This document shows, piece after piece, positions 24,536 through 37,430 of a DNA stretch of 64,000 nt. Below the pieces are notes generated by a model that searched no databases, was not told the DNA's origin, and saw nothing but the letters and a program-made list of their open reading frames with translations. This DNA comes from Camelus ferus (lineage: Eukaryota): the NCBI RefSeq assembly GCF_009834535.1, contig NC_045696.1, forward strand, positions 17,858,001-17,922,000, in the 5' to 3' direction. The position numbers and the translations under genes were made by a program. Position 1 is the stretch's first letter, and each line of letters opens with the position of its first letter.

Positions 24536-25975
24536 ACTTTTCACTTCACTGCTTATAGGTTGACAATAAGATAATGGTGTAGGGGCTTTGCGTTTTTTGT
24601 TTCTGTTGTCAAAGCAAAAGCTGACTGGCTTCTAGAACAAACCAGAATGACACTACCCCCACCACACACGCACTTTGTAAGAACAGAGACAGGAAGAAAG
24701 AATTATGTCTTGTTCATGACATTTGAAAGAAAGAAGTATGAAGCAGTACGAGCAGCTGTGTAGAAATAACCTTCCAGCCCAGGAGATCGAGGTGGGGGTT
24801 ATAAAAAGGGAATTTGCAGAATGATTCTGTATTCTCAAAAATCTGCGAGCAGAGATGGCAAAGGTGCTCACCGTTACAAAATCTCAGCTGTCAGGTTTCC
24901 TCACAGATTAAAGATAAACTACTGTATTAACATTTATTCTAAATCTAGGTGTACTGACAGGTCAGAAAAGTCTCAAAAATCGAAGACAGAAATAAGTATC
25001 GTTCCTCTCAGGGCTTTACGTAATTCAGTGATTGAGAAATTGATCTTCAGTTAAAGCAATGACAATGCAGGTTGTGCTCTAATTAGAGAGCAATATGTAG
25101 TGATGATAATAGTGGTGTTTTGACATTAACTTCCATTACGCAACCGTAAATTGTACATGATCTGTGCTACTAAAAAGATTATTGTTTTAGAGAAATAGGT
25201 CTCTAAATTTTGAGTTAATATGACCAATACATACCACCATAGGCATTCACACCTTTACAAAAGAAATAAATAATATACACTGGATTTTTTAGTAATAGGT
25301 ATATGCCAAGGAGAGTCGAAAAGATTTATGATATTAGACTAATTTAAAATCCCCAGGGGCCATTATTTTAGATGAATACTTCCCAAGCATTACTTCTACG
25401 GTGCTTTAAATGAGGATGGAGAGGAAACAGAGCTCAGAGATTCTCACTCATCATTTACTTTTCTTTATAGTGATAAACTAAACGTTGGGAAATGATTCAT
25501 CTTATGTGAATAATGGAGCAATTAATTATGTTTACTAATTACTTGACAGATCTCAACTTTAGACCTAACGTGAAGTGCAGAAATACAAATGTCTTGACTC
25601 AACAACTATTTATAATCCACACTGTCCTTGGACTGTTTCAAAAATCATATTTATGTTGCCTTTCATAATTCAGCTTTTATCATCTCCCACTGTTTTTCAA
25701 TGTTTCTTTGCATTACAGACTTTTTGTTTACTGTTACTCAATATATACCCTATGTTTTGCATCTTAAGGACCACCACAAGTATGTATTTTGTATATCACA
25801 TATCAGCATGCCTCCTTATTAATTTTTATCATCATATTCTTATATTTCACAATTCTTAGTTTAGAAGGAAACTTATCTTTGCTTCAAAATTATTTATCCA
25901 AGACACCAATATTGCATCTCTACTAATTATATGAAGGGTAAGAATTTTTAATTTTTTCATTTTGTACTCTTTATG

Positions 25976-26272
25976 CAGTGCTGTCTGGTAAAAATATAAT
26001 GCAAGCCAGATATATATAATTTAACATTTCCTATTAGCCATAATTAAAAGTTTAAAATACAGGAGAAAGTATTTTAGTTGTGCATTTAATTGAATATTAT
26101 ATATAATGTATTAATAAATAATAGATAAGAAAATTATTAATAGGGTAAGTTTCATTATTTTTCCATACAATTTTGGAAGCTGGTATGTATGTTACACTAT
26201 AGCACATGGCATTCAGACTAGCCACATTTCACACACTCTATATTAACTATGGCTATCATACTGGACAGCACA
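25976..26272. mobile_element. hAT-Charlie MITE (MER33-like)
   Basis: Terminal inverted repeat tgctgtctggta ... tactggacagca; internal ctagccacatttca. Confidence 0.7.
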
Positions 26273-26726
26273 TGTGTAGTAAAATACAAAGTCATATGTG
26301 CTAAATGCTCAATGATTTTGAACTATATATAAAACACCACTTCCTAAAAATCTTTTATTTTTTCATTTGATGCTTATATTTGTATATATACATATATATT
26401 TGTTATTTTCTGTTTCCTTGAATATATGTTAATCACTGTTTAGTTGAAAATTGTTTTATTAAACATCTGAATCTTTCTCTCTATATATATATACACACAC
26501 ATGTATATGTGTATATATACACACACACATATTTCTGTACACATATGTATTCAAATAGAGAGATAATTAGTTAGATCTTCATTTTTGTCAATTTTATTTT
26601 GTCTGTTTCTGCCTGATTAAAAGAATAAATGAAACTGAATAGTGTGTTTGAAAGCACGAGGCTTTAAATGAGTCTATCTTATTCTAGAGAGAATATTCTT
26701 GGGAGGCATAGGAGACATTTAATCTT

Positions 26727-27064
26727 TTTTTTTAATTAATTTTTTTTATTGAGTTGTAGTCAGTTTACTATGTTGTGTCAATTTCTAGTGTACAGCACAA
26801 TACTTCAGTCATATAGGAACAGACATATATTCATTTTCATATTCTTTTTCACCATAAGTTACTACAAGATATTGAATATAGTTCCCTGTGCTGTACAGTG
26901 TAAAATTTTATCTATTTGTTTATCTATTTATGTATATTAGTTAGTATCTGCAAATCTAGCACTCCCAATTTATCCCTTCCCACCCCTTTCCCCCACTGGT
27001 AACCATAAGTTTGTTTCCTATGAGACAAACTTATTTACAAAACAGAAACAGATTCACAGACATA
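26727..27064 (-). mobile_element. Short L1 3'UTR insertion with a ~40-bp 5' inversion and 15-bp TSD
   Basis: TSD gagacatttaatctt at 26712-26726 and 27065-27079; T-rich tail on the left; 27023-27064 is L1 3'UTR in the opposite orientation. Confidence 0.92.
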
Positions 27065-27887
27065 GAGACATTTAATCTTGACCCAACCTGGGAATGAAGT
27101 AAGGAGCAGCCTGGACTGAAATCTCTGTGCAGGATTATCTGTTTCCATTGCACACTCACTTCCAAGGAGTAGCCAGTGCTTCAGGGCTGCCCGGTCTCGC
27201 GAGACAGCTAACAGCTCTCTCAACTTCTCGGCATCCACTTTGCCACTTGAAATAAGGAAAATGTCTTGGGGGAAAATAGAACTCATTCTAAGAGTTTCAT
27301 CTACGTACTTTTCTCCAGTCTAAAATCATATATCCTCCAGTTTCTTTTGTCTTGTTACTACTCTGCTGTCTTCAAACAGATGTATAATTTCTTTTGTTCT
27401 CGGTAGGAGGTTTGCCCTCAAGGAATCTAGTCTGCCATACATGGAAACAAGTCAAGTGTGCAGTATTTAATCTGCAAATCTGTGTCTGTAATTGAAAAAA
27501 ACACTCTCTCGGTTTTGTTAGCTATGATTTACATAAAAGGCCATGCTCCAGAAACAGCTGGTCAACATTTCTGCCATCTTTACTTCTAACCAATAAGGTC
27601 CTATAAAGATTTAGAGGGTTTTTTTTAATAATAATTAATTTTGAAAGGCTACTGACTTTAAAATTGGTCATTTATTAGATTAGACTGAAATTACTATTAT
27701 AATTTTTAATTATTAAAGTGTCTAAGCTGTGTGGAATTTCTATGATATTGCAGAATTACACTACAAATTGGATGAACAATATCAGCCATCTAGCAAGACC
27801 TTTATTAGTAACATTATAACAAGTTTAATTTCAGGAAATTAGAGTTGTAGCTACAAAATAATGTACTAAATACTAAACTAAATAGGT

Positions 27888-28012
27888 GGGGGAGGGGATA
27901 GCTCAAGTGGTAGAGCGCATGCTTATTAGCATGCACGAGGTCCTGGGTTCAATCCCCAGTACCTCCTCTAAAAGTAAAATAAATCTAATTACCTCCCCCA
28001 CCAAAAAATAAA
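27888..28012 (+). mobile_element. tRNA-derived SINE (Vic-1-like, camelid)
   Basis: A box tagctcaagtgg, B box ggttcaatccc, ctaattacctcccc 3' motif, A-rich tail; taaactaaat TSD at 27874-27883 and 28013-28022. Confidence 0.88.
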
Positions 28013-28172
28013 TAAACTAAATGACAGTATGTAATAATATATTAAATTTCTAATCATTGGTTCTTATGACCAAAAAAAAAAAGATCAGTGATAGTACAGC
28101 CTGATTTATAAAAAGGCAATAATTTATCACCAAGTCAAAACTAGTATGTCTTTAAAACAGATGCAAGCCATT

Positions 28173-28604
28173 TATGATCCTGAGTTTTATGTGTCAACTT
28201 TATGGGCCATGGGGTACCTACCCAGATTAAACAGTACTTCTGGCTGTGCAGTGAGGGTGTTTGGGGACCAGATTAGCATTTGAATCATTGGACTCAGCAA
28301 AGTGGGTTGCCCTCCCCAGTGTGGGTGAGCTTCATCTAATTCATTAAAAACCCAAATAAAACACAGGCTGATTGAACTGGAACATTTCATCTCATCTTCT
28401 TCTGCCCTCAGACTGGAATTTGCACCACTGACTCCCTTGGTTCTCAGGCCTTCACACTTAGAATGAATTAGGTTCTCTGCGTCTCCATTTGCAGACAGCA
28501 GACTGTGTATCTCTCCCTCTCTCTCCCCTCTCCCTTCTCTGTATGTATATACATGCATGTATCTCCTAGTGAGTGTGCTTCTCTGGCATACTATGACTAA
28601 TACA
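28173..28604 (+). mobile_element. MLT2 (ERVL) solo LTR
   Basis: ttttatgtgtcaactt start and gactaataca end; near-TSD ccatt/ctatt. Confidence 0.85.
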
Positions 28605-28799
28605 CTATTAAGTAATTCTATTTAATAATACTGTAAGAAAATAAAAAGTAAGAAAATAGTCCCTTTCTGGCTTGATGGCTGAGAATACTAAGTGAGACAA
28701 GATGGGAGAAGACCACATTTAGGGTGGAATTATTAATCTAGTTCTGTATATATTTAAATCCTGTTCTACTCTCAAGATGGTGCCACTAAATGTATGATA

Positions 28800-29900
28800 T
28801 GTTAGTCATTATTATAATAATTAATTAATTTCACAAATACTTATTAAATACTTGTATATGAAAAATAAGAGAAATAAAAATAAAATATGATTTGTAATTG
28901 TAGCTCTCATATCCAAGGGTCTAAAGGCAGGGAAATAAATTGAAAGAAGAATCACACAATTATGTATGAAATTAGGCTAGTGATAAGGGTAGTGAAGGAA
29001 AGCTACATGGAATATGAGAACATTACTGAGAGATTGACATCAACAGGAGGGTTGGGGCAAGCTTTTATTAACGAAAGTAGGTTACGTTGGAACATATGTA
29101 TGCAGAGGTGGAGGGGCTCAAGCATTAGTAAGTTCACCTTTTAAGAGGAAGTGTTTATGATGGAGATCTGTGAAACTCAAATATTTAATCACCCAGTTAA
29201 GATTGATGAGCCAGAAAACAGGACAGAAAAAAAAAATGAATGGAAGGGAGTTATGCCATGTAATTTGATGAAGGAGAGTATTTCTAAAGAAGAGGGTTAT
29301 TAAAGAAGAGAGTTACTAAATCTGCTATAAGGACAGGTAAGATGAGAAAAGACATTTCCATTTATTTAGAAATATGACAATTATTAGTGAGTGGTTTTCT
29401 TGAAATGTGGCAAATAAAAGCCAGATTAGAAATTATTAAGAAATAAGTGGAAGCATAATGGTGGCTATAGAAGAGAAGACAGTGGCTTTAAATGGTATTT
29501 AGAAGGTAAAAAAAACTAGGTTTTATGATTAATTTTCTTTGGGGGAGTACAAAAAGGATGATCCTCACCAATGACTGCAAGGTTTCTGGCTTGATGACAT
29601 TAACATTCTCTGAGACAGGACTAGGTTTGGGGGTTGGGGGGATTATGAATCTTGTTTTGAACATGTTTGAGTCATCCAACTGGTGGTTACTTTAATAAGC
29701 CCTTGGATAAGTTGTCTGATGCTCAGAAAAGAAGTCTGGCTAAGGTTATTTCAGAAATACTCAGTACACAGATGCCAAATGAAATCAAAGAATAAACAGA
29801 AAGAACTGCATGGGTCAGAACCATATGGTGTAGAAAGAGACATTTTATTTTAAGCTAATGAGAGGTATTTACTTGTGGAAAATATTAATAGTAAAGAACA
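28800..29900 (-). mobile_element. L2 LINE remnant(s)
   Basis: ggtttctggcttgatgac, ttttgaacatgtttgag and ataaaagccagatt motifs; highly diverged; boundaries approximate. Confidence 0.5.
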
Positions 29901-30403
29901 AATGTGATAATTCATAGCTCAGAAGATGAGTGGATGAGGACCACAACAGAAGTTATTGGCCTTAAGTAAAAGAAGACAACAGCTCTTTTTTTAAGTAGAT
30001 TTGTATGTTTTATAGCAGGCAGGTGAGAGAAATGCCTTCTGGTGTCTTTCATCTTCCTGAATTAACATGTAAATGTACCTGCTGCGACTGAGTAGAACGG
30101 TGGGAGGATGGGAGGCTGGGAGAGCGTGGACTACCTTCTAAAAGCTAAAGAGTCTAATCGTCACTCAAAGCATTAAAACGTATGGCCTTTAATTTTTAAG
30201 GAATTTAAGAAAAAAAAATTTTTTTAAACTTCTCAAGATAAATGTATGCTGGTTAAGCAAAGAAGTAGATCTGTTTGGTTTGGGCTAAGAGAACGCTGCA
30301 GAATGTTGGGCGTGGAAGTGGATGTAGTTTCACAGGAGGGAAGAATAAGCACATTCACTGCTAGCAAAATTTATAAGCAAATGGATGTAGCAGATAAATA
30401 CAC

Positions 30404-30777
30404 AGTCTTGCTTCTTACTCCAGGAAACTATAACACATTACCATAGACTGGATGGCTTAAAAGTAAAAATGTATTTGCTGCAGTTCTGGAGACAGGGAAG
30501 TGAAAGATCAAGGCACTGGCCAACCTGGTATCTGGGGGAGAGGCTGCTTCTTGGCTGGCAGATGGCAATCTTCTTATTGCATCCTCACACAGCTGAGATC
30601 AGAGAGCTAGAGAAAGCTCTCGTATCTCTTCTCAAAAGGGCACTAATCCTGTTCATGAGGGCTCCACCTTCATGACCTAATTACCTCCAAAGGCCCCATC
30701 TTTAAACACCATCACATTGGGGTGTAGGATTACAACATATGAATTTGTAGGGGGACAGAAACATTCCCTCCATAGCA
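30404..30777 (-). mobile_element. MLT1A-like MaLR solo LTR
   Basis: ccatagactggatggctta...ctaatcctgttcatgagggctccaccttcatgacctaattacctcc...acatatgaattt...tccatagca. Confidence 0.88.
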
Positions 30778-32149
30778 CAGAGATAGCAATGTAAAGTGCG
30801 TCTTGGATGAAACATGCACTTATTTTGGAAAAAAAAAAAGAACAAATCTGGATGGAACCTGGATATAAAAATCTTTAAAACTTGGCACTACATTTTACTT
30901 CAAATAAAGACTCCATTCTTGGTTCTTGAACATAAGCAAATGATGTTTTCAGTATGATGTTTAAGGAATATTAGCCTAAATCTACTTTGAAAGGTATTTT
31001 GTGGTGTGGAGGGCCAGTCATTGAAGCAAAACCTGGAACTCTGTTTCAATAATCAATATGTGAGGCAATGGAGGCCTCCGTCAGAGTGGCAGTAGTGAGT
31101 AGGACAGTCTGGGCTTAAACCTGAAAGATATTCTGAAGGACCTAACAAAATTCTTTATTTGAATTTTACTGTCCGGGTGAATTTTTTTTTTTTCTTGTTG
31201 AGTTGGTCCAAAAAAGGATCCAGAATTGGAAGATGACCTTTATTAGGAAGGTTACTGAACCATCTGTGTGACTAAGTTGCTATTTCTCATTGCTCTAAGT
31301 GATGGCAATGAGCCTGATTTTATTTCCTGAATAATTCATGGTAGAAGAAAACTTGATTCTGCTATATGAGAAAGGATATTCAGGGCAATTCTGTAGTGCT
31401 CTCTTATCACTTCTTTAACTAGCTATGCAACAGGAAAATGTTTCTTGAAGAGATGTTAAGTTTTTCTCTGAAAAACATCTAAATAATGACTGTCTCCTTT
31501 AAAATCCCCTCTTTTCTACTTAGGGTTCTAATTTCTTTATATTCTTTTAAAGTCTTAGACCTTAAGGGCTATGATCAACTTGGCATAGGAAAAAACAAGC
31601 AAACAAACAAAAATATCCTAAAACATTTGTTTCCAAAAGTTAGTCTGAAAATCATGACTAAGTTATATTCTGATCCATGCTATATTGAATTATTTCCTCA
31701 TCTCTTCTCTTTCAATTTATTGGATTGTGTGTTCTGAGGTTAGGGGCTGCGTTATCCAACACTGGAATACCTGAATTTGCATAGCATCATTCCTAGCATG
31801 TACTTCCTGAATATCAGCCATCTCGGAGTCCCTAAATTGAAAAAAAAAATGAACTGCTCATAATTATCAAAAGCATTCTAAATATTTTTACATATTGGGA
31901 GGAAATAATGCTCAAATATGATTCTTAATATCTATGCATGGTAGGATCATTCATGACCCTGTGGCTGCTGTCAATTTCTTAGCCACCTTCCTACTGCTAA
32001 TCTTCAGATTTCTTTGGCTTTGCTAACAAGAACCTGTGCAATGTGCCACGGGTCCTACTGACATGTCTGCCACAGGCTTTTTTTTTTTCAGGAGCACTGC
32101 TTCTCATTTTTTGCCTAAATATATTACTACTCATTCTTAAAAATCGAGT

Positions 32150-32260
32150 TTCGGGGAGGATATGTATGTGTGAGGGCTGGGAATATAAGAGAAATTTCTG
32201 TACCTTCCCTCAATTATCCGGTGAAACTTAAACTACTGTAAGATTGTCTTAATAAAAAAT
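32150..32260 (+). mobile_element. L1MC-type extreme 3' end fragment
   Basis: gaaatttctgtaccttccctcaattatccggtgaaacttaaactact, homologous to ~55085-55130. Confidence 0.6.
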
Positions 32261-33346
32261 TCTAGCCTAAACGTCATGATGTCCTCTCCCCAAATAAACT
32301 GATCTCAAGATTTCTGTGCTCACTGTACAATTATCCACTATAGCATGTATAACACTGTATGGCAATTACTTGTTTTCTTAAATGAGAGAATCATTTATTA
32401 AATAATTAGAATTTATTATAGTATTTTCCTCTCTTCAGCTTAAACTGAATCAAATTATCCATCATTCTCTTTTCTCTGACAGTTCGCCTCAGGCATTTAG
32501 AAGTCTGAGCTAATTGCAGACATGTGCTCAACAGCAAGAAGAAGGAGGGAAAGCTTCTGAGGTTAAGAGGTAAGACATGAAAAATTCCCCCAAGGTGAGA
32601 CAGTTTTGTGGATCATATGGTAATTGGAGCCGTGTAGTCTTCTGAGGAAGTGATGAGAACCCAAGACAAGGTGTGCCTGATATGCCTGAGTTAGTACCCA
32701 ATGCACTGAGCTCCCAGCTTTGACTTGGAGTCCCTGTTTCATGTTTTGCAAAGAAAAAGCTTTGGAATCTCCTAGGGCTTTGCCAATAAGGGTATAAGAG
32801 ATGACCACAAAGGAGTGAAGAGTAACAGCCTTTCTCTTTTACCAACACCGTGCATACCACCTGATTTCTGACCCCACGCATTCATTATCTAAGAGTACGT
32901 AGAACTCAGACATTTGTGTTTGGCACAACTTGCTTTGAATTTCAATTTTATCACTTATTTGCCACATTAAATTTCTCCTCAGTGTGAACTGTAATAAGAA
33001 AATGTTAAACAGGAAAATAAACTAAACTTTAGAATTTGTATGGTTATTATTTAATCTTCCTTAAAATTACTACTTGGTAAGCCCTAAGTTGGTTGATAAA
33101 GGCCCTAACACAATCTTTCTTTAATCACCAATTTCTTTGACCCACGGTTTTCTAATTTAAATTTTTTACTAAATTATATAAAACACAATTTAAGTTATGA
33201 TTTAAAATCCTGTCGAGGGAAATATTTTAGAAAAAATAAAGACAATATAAATTTTAAAATCAGAAAAGAATGTACTGTACATTTAGGTGTGTTTAAAGCT
33301 ATTTGACCTTTAAAAAAATTGGACAAGGCAAAGAGAAGAAAAAAAA

Positions 33347-33435
33347 TTTTTAATTTTTAATGGAGGTAATGGGGATTGAACTGAGGACTGTGCATACTAA
33401 GCACATATTCTACCACTGAGCTATACCCACCTCCC
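33347..33435 (-). mobile_element. tRNA-derived SINE (Vic-1-like)
   Basis: Reverse complement reads gggtatagctcagtggtagaatatgtgcttagtatgcacagtcctcagttcaatccccattacctcc. Confidence 0.8.
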
Positions 33436-34310
33436 AAGATGTAAGAATATTTTTAATGAAAGATGTTTGAATAGACTGTAGATACATTTCCTTAATTTTG
33501 CTATCTAGAAAATGGAACAATCAAAATTAGCTCTCACTATATCAGACATCAGAAGCTAAAAGATTAATTCAGCCACATTTTCTCTCACATCATTTAGACA
33601 AAGAAGTCAATTAAGTGGAACATTAAAAGCTGATGAATCAAACAGTGGCATAAAATAGCAATTAGAAAATAATCAGTTAATGAAGTAAAATGACAATGGA
33701 GAAGTCATCAAATGACAGTAACAGAACCAGTGCACTAATGAGAAGTGACATTGAAGAATAGAAATGCTAAATACAACAGCTATGATGACGGAAAATGTAT
33801 TGGATAGATTCATACAGATAATTGAGTTAAAGTGCCTCCAGTGCTTAGGGTATTTCTCCAGTGTTGATTTGGTATTATTACTAAAAAAAATTTTAAAGTT
33901 AGTCTGCTCTAGAGATGACCTCCACATAAATACTCTCACCTTTATAAAGCTATCCTCCAAACACTGTTCAAACTAGGTATCTGCAGTTTAAAAAATAGTC
34001 ATACTTAAATTTGATGACTCTGAATACACAGGATGCAAATACACAGGCATTAGGAAATGTCTCTTACTTTCCTTCTTACAGGGTCTACGTGAGTGGAAGA
34101 GTCCTGACTGCCACCAAGTGGCTCAGAATGATGGAGAGAGCTGGCGTGTTGCCAGGTTGAAATGAGGAATGTCAAGAATGAATTGAAGTAATTTAGTTCC
34201 TGATATTCCTCCCTTCCCACAAGACTCTTCTGTTAATATCTACGGGTTCTCACAGGACAAAACCAAAATAAATCATGACGTAGGCATCAGTCATTAGCCC
34301 AAATCTAGGA

Positions 34311-34346
34311 AAATTCCAGTGACAAATTCCAGTGACAATTCCAGTG
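34311..34346. repeat. 13-bp tandem repeat, about 2.7 copies
   Basis: aaattccagtgac repeated. Confidence 0.9.
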
Positions 34347-34419
34347 TATTATAAATAATACACTTTCATTCTTTAAATTACTATATTTATGGTGCTGGCA
34401 CAGATTGTTTTTATGAATA

Positions 34420-35925
34420 TATTTTATTGTTTAGAGAAGTTTTAGGTTCACAGAAAAATTGAGCAGACGTTAACAGAGTTCCCATATTCCCTCAGCCCCC
34501 AGGCAGATGTTCAGCCTCCTCCACTATCACATCCTGCACCAAAGTGGTACATTTGTTACAACTGATAAGCCTACATTAACACATTATAATCACCTAAAGT
34601 CCACAGTTTACATCAGGGTTCCTTAATGCCTGGTTACCACTGATCCTTTACCATCTCCATACTTTTCCATAATGTCATATAGTTAGACTCAAACTGTATG
34701 TAGCCTTTTCAGACTGGCTTTTTTCACTTAGTAATATGGATTTGTTTCCTCCATGTCTTTATGGCTTGAGAGCTCATTTCTTTTTAGCACTAACATTCCA
34801 TTGTCTGAATGCACTAAAGTTTATTTATCCATTAATTCACCTATTGAAGGGCATCTTAGTTGCTTCCAAGTTTTGGCAAATATGAATAAAGCTGCAGATA
34901 AACATCTATGTGCAAGTTTCTGTGTAAACGTATGTTTCCAACTCACTTGGATAAACACTAAGGAATGTGATTGCCACATCGTATGGTAAGAGTATGTTCA
35001 TTTTTGTAAGATGCCACCGAAATATCTTCCAAAGTGACTGTGCTATTTGACATTCTCATCAGCAGTGAATGAATGAGAGTTCTTGTTGCTCCATATCCTT
35101 GCCAGAAATTGCCAGTGATTGGGATTTTGACAATTCTAACAGCTGTGTAGTGGTATCTCATCGTTATTTTAACTTTCAATTCCCTAATGACTTATGATTT
35201 TGAGCAACTTTTCCGAGACCTATTTGCCATTTGTATATTTTCTTTGATGAAGTGTATTGTAAGGTCCTTGGCCCACTTTTCAATTGGGTTGTTCATTTTC
35301 TTACTCTTGAATTATGATTATCTATATATTTGTGTAATAGTCCCATATCAGATGTATCTTTTGCAAGTACTTTCTCATCTATGACTTACATTCTCATTCA
35401 TTGGCATTGTCTTTAGCAGAGTACAAGTGTTTATTTTTAGCCAAGTTAAGCTCATCAGTTATTTCACATATAGAGTCATATTTGAAGTGTGATCACCAAC
35501 CCTAGGTCATGTAGATTTTCTTCTATGTTATCATTTATGAGTTTTACACTTTTGTGATTTACATTTAGGTCTATGATCCATTGTGAGTTAATTTTTGTGA
35601 AGGACATACAGTCCATGTCTTGATTCATTTTTTTTTTTGCATGGGGATGGTCAATCATTCCAGTACCATTTGTAGAACATATGATCTTCTATCCAATTTA
35701 TTGCCTTTGACCCTTTGTCAAAGAGGAGTTGACTAATTCAATGTGGAACTATTTCTGGATTTTCCATTTTGTTTCATTGATCTCTTTACATTTTCTTTTG
35801 CCAATACACTGTCTTGATTATTGCATGTTTATAATAATACTTGAAGTAGAGTAGTGCCAGTCCAACTTTGTTCTTCTCTTTCAATTTTGTGTTGGCTGTT
35901 CTGGGCCTTTGTCTCTCCATAACTT
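34420..35925 (-). mobile_element. Old L1 (L1MC-type) 3' end and ORF2 C-terminal remnant
   Basis: ttttaggttcacagaaaaattgagc 3' end; peptides MRYHYTAVRI and FTKINSQWIIDLN on the minus strand. Confidence 0.85.
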
Positions 35926-35934
35926 AAAAGAAAA

Positions 35935-36682
35935 CTTTTCTTACAAAACTAAACATGCTCTTACCATAAGATCTAGCCATCATATTCCTTGGCATTTACC
36001 AAAGAAATTGAGAACTTATGTCTACAGAAAAACCTGTACATAGATGTTTATAGCAGCTATATTAAAAAATTGTCAAAACTTAGAAGCAGCTAACATGTTC
36101 TTCAATAGGTGAATGAACGGATATATAAACTGTGGGACATCCAGACAATAGAATATTATTAAGTGCTATACAGAAATGAGCTATCAAACAATGAAAAGAC
36201 ATGGAAGAAACTTAAATTCATATTAGTAAATGAAAGAAGACAATCTGTAAAGGCTACACATTATGTGTGGTTCCAATTATGTGACATTCAGAAAAAGGTA
36301 ACACTATGGAGACAGTAAAAAGATTAGTGGTTCTTAGGTGATGTTGGGGGAGGATTAAATAGGCAGAGCCCTGGGGATTTTCAGGGCAGTGTAAATAACT
36401 TTGTATGATACCATAATAATGGATACATATCATTATAAGTTTGTCTAAACATGTAGAATACACAACACCAAGAATAAATCCTAAAATGAAGTGGGGACTT
36501 TGATTATAGTATGTCAATGTAGGCTTATCAGTTTTAACAATTGTAGCACTCTGGTGGGTGATGTTGACAATGGGGAGGCTATGAATGTGTGGAGACAGTT
36601 GATACATCGGAAGTATCTGCATTTTTCCCTGAATTTTGCTGTGACTCAAAACTGTTCTAAAAAAATGAAATCTTAGTAAAAT
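35935..36682 (+). mobile_element. L1MC-type 3' end nested in opposite orientation
   Basis: cttacaaaactaaacatgctcttacc...aattttgctgtgactcaaaactgttctaaaaaa; reverse-complement similar to 34420-35010. Confidence 0.85.
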
Positions 36683-36684
36683 AG

Positions 36685-37430
36685 TAACTTGCTGGAATTT
36701 GGATTGGGGTTGAGCTTAATCTGTATTGCTGTGATAATGCGTTGGGGACGGGGGAACAATTCATAGTTCTATGAATAGATCTCAGTCTTTATTGAGCCTA
36801 TGTTGTTAGGCTATGAACGTCACAAATACTTTTTGGCTTTTTTTTTTCCTTCTTTCACTCCCGTAGGTGGTACAGGCTGGCTAGAATGGACTAGATTTGG
36901 CTATTTCCCGTTTCCTAGGTCAGTTAGGCTCTGATAAAATCCAAGTAAGTTAAGTTCTGGGAAGACAGTATCTCCAAGTCTCATAAGCAGAATAGAACAC
37001 TGGCCTTACTCAAAGTGTTTATTTGCCCACTCCCTGCCAGAAGCACAAAGAGATTTTTCTCTGATAGTCACTGTGAGAACCAGATAGAGCTCCTGGAGGT
37101 AAAACTTCCCAGTTACTGAGTTCCCTTGAAGTTGCTGTTCCCTGGGCTTGTCCACATTGAGCCCCCAATTTGTCAATAACTGTTCAAGTTTTCCTGCTAT
37201 GCTCCCGATGCCTAAGGAGGTTATTGTTTGCGCGTTTCTGCTCTGGTAAATTGGATTCTCTGGGTAGATTTATCTGTCCCTCCGATTTTTGGAGAAGTGG
37301 TTTGTCCTTGATTTCATTTCTCTGATGCTCTAAAGAGTTGTTGATTTTTCAGTTTATTTAGCTTTTTTAGTTGTTGTTAGGATAAAATGTCAACTTTTAA
37401 GTGACTTACTTCTGTACTGGAAAGCAGAAA
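36685..37430 (-). mobile_element. Short ORF2 continuation plus ancient L1 5'UTR remnant
   Basis: 36685-36725 resumes ORF2 antisense (ttgctggaattttggattgggg...aatctgta); 37430-36730 starts ttctgctttccag...aacaactaaaaaagctaaataaactgaaaaatcaacaact, like L1M 5' ends. Confidence 0.55.

Noticed and set aside
27888..27970. tRNA gene
   Set aside because: The tRNA-like head is followed by a SINE 3' motif, A-rich tail and TSD, so it is a SINE. The same applies at 33347 and 50728.
17090..34346. CRISPR-like arrays at the short repeats (17090, 23861, 29286, 34311)
   Set aside because: Only 2-3 directly adjacent copies with no spacers; ordinary slippage duplications.
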